The notes beneath the pieces were generated by a model, which worked only from the letters and a program-made list of their open reading frames with translations, ran no database searches and was not told the DNA's origin. The translations under genes were made by a program, and so were the position numbers. A DNA stretch of 33,423 nucleotides from a virus (taxonomy: Duplodnaviria; Heunggongvirae; Uroviricota; Caudoviricetes): IMG/VR virus record IMGVR_UViG_2563366995_000002. One strand, 5' to 3'. This document shows positions 29,752 to 33,423 of the stretch, one piece after another. Position 1 is the stretch's first letter. Every line of letters begins with the position of its first letter.

Positions 29752-30167
29752 GTTTTGCCCTGAAACTGGCGCGAGAGATGGGGCGACCTGACTGGCGCGC
29801 CATGCTTGCCGGGATGTCATCCACGGAGTATGCCGACTGGCACCGCTTTTACAGTACCCATTATTTTCATGATGTTCTGCTGGATATGCACTTTTCCGGG
29901 CTGACGTACACTGTGCTCAGCCTGTTTTTCAGCGATCCGGATATGCATCCGCTGGATTTCAGTTTGCTGAACCGGCGTGAGGATGACGAAGAGCCTGAAG
30001 ATGATGTGCTGATGCAGAAAGCGGCAGGGCTTACCGGAGGCGTCCGCTTTGACCCGGACGGAAATGAAGTTATCCCCGCTTCCCCGGATATGGCGGGCAT
30101 GACGGAGGATGACGTAATGCTGATGACAGTATCAGAAGGGATCGCAGGAGGAGTCCGGTATGGCTGA
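29329..30167 (+). CDS. T: tail assembly chaperone G-T fusion produced by programmed -1 frameshift
   Basis: Slippery heptamer G GGA AAG at 29727..29733 near the end of G; the -1 frame is open to 30167 and matches lambda gpT. Confidence 0.75.
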
Positions 30168-32721
30168 ACCGGTAGGCGATCTGGTCGTTGATTTAAGTCT
30201 GGATGCGGCCAGATTTGACGAGCAGATGGCCAGAGTCAGGCGTCATTTTTCCGGTACGGAAAGTGATGCGAAAAAAACAGCGGCAGTCGTTGAACAGTCG
30301 CTGAGCCGACAGGCGCTGGCTGCACAGAAAGCGGGGATTTCCGTCGGGCAGTATAAAGCCGCCATGCGTATGCTGCCTGCACAGTTCACCGACGTGGCCA
30401 CGCAGCTTGCAGGCGGGCAAAGCCCGTGGCTGATCCTGCTGCAACAGGGTGGTCAGGTTAAGGACTCCTTCGGCGGGATGATCCCCATGTTCCGGGGGCT
30501 TGCCGGTGCGATCACCCTGCCGATGGTCGGGGCCACCTCGCTGGCGGTGGCGACCGGTGCGCTGGCGTATGCCTGGTATCAGGGTAACTCAACCCTGTCC
30601 GATTTCAACAAAACGCTGGTCCTTTCCGGCAATCAGTCGGGTCTGACGGCAGATCGTATGCTGGTCCTGTCCAGAGCCGGGCAGGCGGCAGGGCTGACGT
30701 TTAACCAGACCAGCGAGTCACTCAGCGCACTGGTTAAGGCGGGAGTAAGCGGTGAGGCTCAGATTGCATCCATCAGCCAGAGTGTGGCGCGTTTCTCCTC
30801 TGCATCCGGCGTGGAGGTGGACAAGGTCGCTGAAGCCTTCGGGAAGCTGACCACTGACCCGACGTCGGGGCTGACGGCGATGGCGCGCCAGTTCCATAAC
30901 GTAACGGCGGAGCAGATTGCGTATGTTGCTCAGTTGCAGCGTTCCGGCGATGAATCCGGGGCATTGCAGGCGGCGAACGAGGCCGCAACGAAAGGGTTTG
31001 ATGACCAGACCCGACGCCTGAAAGAGAACATGGGCACGCTGGAAACCTGGGCAGACAGGACAGCACGGGCATTCAAATCCATGTGGGATGCGGTGCTGGA
31101 TATTGGTCGTCCTGATACCGCTCAGGAGATGCTGATTAAGGCAGAGGCTGCGTTTAAGAAAGCGGACGACATCTGGAATCTGCGCAAGGATGATTATTTT
31201 GTTAACGATGAAGCGCGGGCGCGTTACTGGGATGATCGTGAAAAGGCCCGTCTTGCGCTTGAAGCCGCCCGAAAGAAGGCTGAACAGCAGAGTCAACAGG
31301 ACAAAAATGCGCAGCAGCAGAGCGATACCGAAGCATCACGGCTGAAATATACCGAAGAGGCGCAGAAGGCTTACGAACGGCTGCAGACACCGCTGGAGAA
31401 ATATACCGCCCGTCAGGAAGAACTGAACAAGGCACTGAAAGACGGGAAAATCCTGCAGGCAGATTACAACACGCTGATGGCGGCGGCGAAAAAGGATTAT
31501 GAAGCGACGCTGAAAAAGCCGAAACAGTCCGGCGTGAAGGTGTCTGCGGGCGATCGTCAGGAAGACAGTGCTCATGCTGCCCTGCTGACGCTTCAGGCTG
31601 AACTCCGGACGCTGGAGAAGCATGCCGGAGCAAATGAGAAAATCAGCCAGCAGCGCCGGGATTTGTGGAAGGCGGAGAGTCAGTTCGCGGTACTGGAGGA
31701 GGCGGCGCAACGTCGCCAGCTGTCTGCACAGGAGAAATCCCTGCTGGCGCATAAAGATGAGACGCTGGAGTACAAACGCCAGCTGGCTGCACTTGGCGAC
31801 AAGGTTACGTATCAGGAGCGCCTGAACGCGCTGGCGCAGCAGGCGGATAAATTCGCACAGCAGCAACGGGCAAAACGGGCCGCTATTGATGCGAAAAGCC
31901 GGGGGCTGACTGACCGGCAGGCAGAACGGGAAGCCACGGAACAGCGCCTGAAGGAACAGTATGGCGATAATCCTCTGGCGCTGAATAACGTCATGTCAGA
32001 GCAGAAAAAGACCTGGGCGGCTGAAGACCTGCTTCGCGGGAACTGGATGGCAGGCCTGAAGTCCGGCTGGAGTGAGTGGGAAGAGAGTGCCACGGACAGT
32101 ATGTCGCAGGTTAAAAGTGCTGCCACGCAGACCTTTGATGGTATTGCGCAGAATATGGCGGCGATGCTGACCGGCAGTGAACAGAACTGGCGCAGCTTCA
32201 CCCGTTCCGTGCTGTCCATGATGACAGAAATTCTGCTTAAGCAGGCAATGGTGGGGATTGTCGGGAGTATCGGCAGCGCTATTGGCGGGGCTGTTGGTGG
32301 CGGCGCATCCGCGTCAGGCGGTACAGCCATTCAGGCCGCTGCGGCGAAACTCCATTTTGCAACCGGAGGATTTACGGGAACCGGCGGCAAATATGAGCCA
32401 GCGGGGATTGTTCACCGTGGTGAATTTGTCTTCACGAAGGAGGCAACCAGCCGGATTGGCGTGGGAAATCTCTACCGGCTGATGCGCGGCTATGCCACCG
32501 GCGGTTATGTCGGTGGCACCGGAAGTCCGGCGCAAATGCGGCGTTCAGAGGGTATCAGGTTTGAGCAGAACAACAACGTGGTGATTCAGAACGACGGTAC
32601 GAATGGTCTGCCAGGTCCACAGATGATGAAGGCGGTGTATGACATGGCCCGCAAGGGTGCCCGTGATGAAATCCAGGCACAGATGCGCGATGGTGGTCTG
32701 TTCTCCGGAGGTGGACGATGA
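30160..32721 (+). CDS. H: tail tape measure protein H
   Basis: 853 aa, same length as lambda gpH, coiled-coil-rich, Gly-rich C-terminal segment. Confidence 0.95.
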   Translation: MAEPVGDLVVDLSLDAARFDEQMARVRRHFSGTESDAKKTAAVVEQSLSRQALAAQKAGISVGQYKAAMRMLPAQFTDVATQLAGGQSPWLILLQQGGQVKDSFGGMIPMFRGLAGAITLPMVGATSLAVATGALAYAWYQGNSTLSDFNKTLVLSGNQSGLTADRMLVLSRAGQAAGLTFNQTSESLSALVKAGVSGEAQIASISQSVARFSSASGVEVDKVAEAFGKLTTDPTSGLTAMARQFHNVTAEQIAYVAQLQRSGDESGALQAANEAATKGFDDQTRRLKENMGTLETWADRTARAFKSMWDAVLDIGRPDTAQEMLIKAEAAFKKADDIWNLRKDDYFVNDEARARYWDDREKARLALEAARKKAEQQSQQDKNAQQQSDTEASRLKYTEEAQKAYERLQTPLEKYTARQEELNKALKDGKILQADYNTLMAAAKKDYEATLKKPKQSGVKVSAGDRQEDSAHAALLTLQAELRTLEKHAGANEKISQQRRDLWKAESQFAVLEEAAQRRQLSAQEKSLLAHKDETLEYKRQLAALGDKVTYQERLNALAQQADKFAQQQRAKRAAIDAKSRGLTDRQAEREATEQRLKEQYGDNPLALNNVMSEQKKTWAAEDLLRGNWMAGLKSGWSEWEESATDSMSQVKSAATQTFDGIAQNMAAMLTGSEQNWRSFTRSVLSMMTEILLKQAMVGIVGSIGSAIGGAVGGGASASGGTAIQAAAAKLHFATGGFTGTGGKYEPAGIVHRGEFVFTKEATSRIGVGNLYRLMRGYATGGYVGGTGSPAQMRRSEGIRFEQNNNVVIQNDGTNGLPGPQMMKAVYDMARKGARDEIQAQMRDGGLFSGGGR

Positions 32722-33047
32722 AAACCTTCCGCTGGAAAGTGAAACCCGGGATGGATGTGACATCGGCTCCTTCCGTCAGGGAGGTGCGCTTTGGTGATGG
32801 CTATTCCCAGCGTGCGCCTGCCGGGCTGAACGCTGACCTGAAAACGTACAGCGTGACGCTGTCTGTCTCCCGTGAGGAGGCCACGGCGCTGGAGTCGTTT
32901 CTGGCTGAGCACGGGGGCTGGAAGGCCTTTCTGTGGACGCCGCCTTATGGTTACAGGCAGATAAAGGTGACCTGCGCAAAATGGTCGTCGCGGGTCAGTA
33001 TGCTGCGTGTTGAGTTCAGCGCAGAGTTTGAACAGGTGGTGAACTGA
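32718..33047 (+). CDS. M: minor tail protein M
   Basis: 109 aa MKTFRWKVKPGMDV..., matches lambda gpM. Confidence 0.95.
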   Translation: MKTFRWKVKPGMDVTSAPSVREVRFGDGYSQRAPAGLNADLKTYSVTLSVSREEATALESFLAEHGGWKAFLWTPPYGYRQIKVTCAKWSSRVSMLRVEFSAEFEQVVN

Positions 33048-33423
33048 TGCAGGATATCCGGCAGGAAACATTGAATGAATGCACCCGTGCGGAGCAGTCG
33101 GCCAGCGTGGTGCTCTGGGAAATCGATCTGACAGAGGTCGGTGGAGAACGTTATTTTTTCTGTAATGAGCAGAACGAAAAAGGTGAGCCGGTCACCTGGC
33201 AGGGGCGACAGTATCAGCCGTATCCCATTCAGGGGAGTAGTTTTGAACTGAATGGCAAAGGCACCAGTACGCGCCCCACGCTGACGGTTTCTAACCTGTA
33301 CGGTATGGTCACCGGGATGGTGGAAGATCTGCAGAGTCTGGTCGGCGGAACGGTGGTCAGGCGTAAGGTTTACGCCCGTTTTCTGGATGCGGTGAACTTC
33401 GTCAACGGAAACAGCGACGCCGA
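33047..33423 (+). CDS. L: minor tail protein L, N-terminal part (truncated by window edge)
   Basis: Start overlaps M stop; MQDIRQETLNECTRAEQSASVVLWEIDLTEVGG... matches lambda gpL. Confidence 0.85.
   Translation, partial: MQDIRQETLNECTRAEQSASVVLWEIDLTEVGGERYFFCNEQNEKGEPVTWQGRQYQPYPIQGSSFELNGKGTSTRPTLTVSNLYGMVTGMVEDLQSLVGGTVVRRKVYARFLDAVNFVNGNSDA

Noticed and set aside
30193-32330. Minus-strand ORFs of 83 to 192 aa inside tape measure gene H
   Set aside because: Antisense to an 853-aa gene of lambda-identical length; low-complexity Arg/Pro/Ser-rich translations.

Overview
This window is almost entirely a mosaic lambdoid prophage (enterobacterial, lambda / DLP12 / phage-21-like), read in prophage order. 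Calls rest on the supplied ORF translations, my recollection of lambda and E. coli K-12 prophage proteins, and motifs read by eye; no database search was run. Left to right: the 3' part of an IS21-family element (IS100-like istA fragment + istB); accessory genes (possible ASCH-like protein, TraR/DksA zinc finger, small lambda-like ORFs); the leftward pL operon (exo-bet-gam-kil-cIII-ea10-ral-orf28, sieB on the opposite strand, N with nutL); a two-gene AT-rich cassette of unknown function in the slot that rexA-rexB occupy in lambda, directly downstream of cI; a heteroimmune immunity region (cI with a non-lambda N-terminal domain and lambda-like C-terminal domain, non-lambda cro, nutR, hybrid cII); lambda-like O (with ori iterons), P, ren, tR2 and a nin region (ninB, DNA adenine methyltransferase, ninE, unknown ORF, a ninF/ybcO remnant, rusA, ylcG); Q; an intact OmpC-family porin moron (nmpC-like) on the opposite strand; a phage-21-type lysis cassette (pinholin, SAR endolysin, Rz/Rz1); bor; a lipoprotein moron and two overlapping ORFs; cos; then head and tail genes Nu1, A, W, B, C, D, E, FI, FII, Z, U, V, G/G-T, H, M and the start of L. 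The most interesting item is the uncharacterised two-gene cassette co-oriented with cI (7088..8394), a candidate lysogen-expressed exclusion or defence module. Manually placed coordinates of small sites may be off by a few bases.
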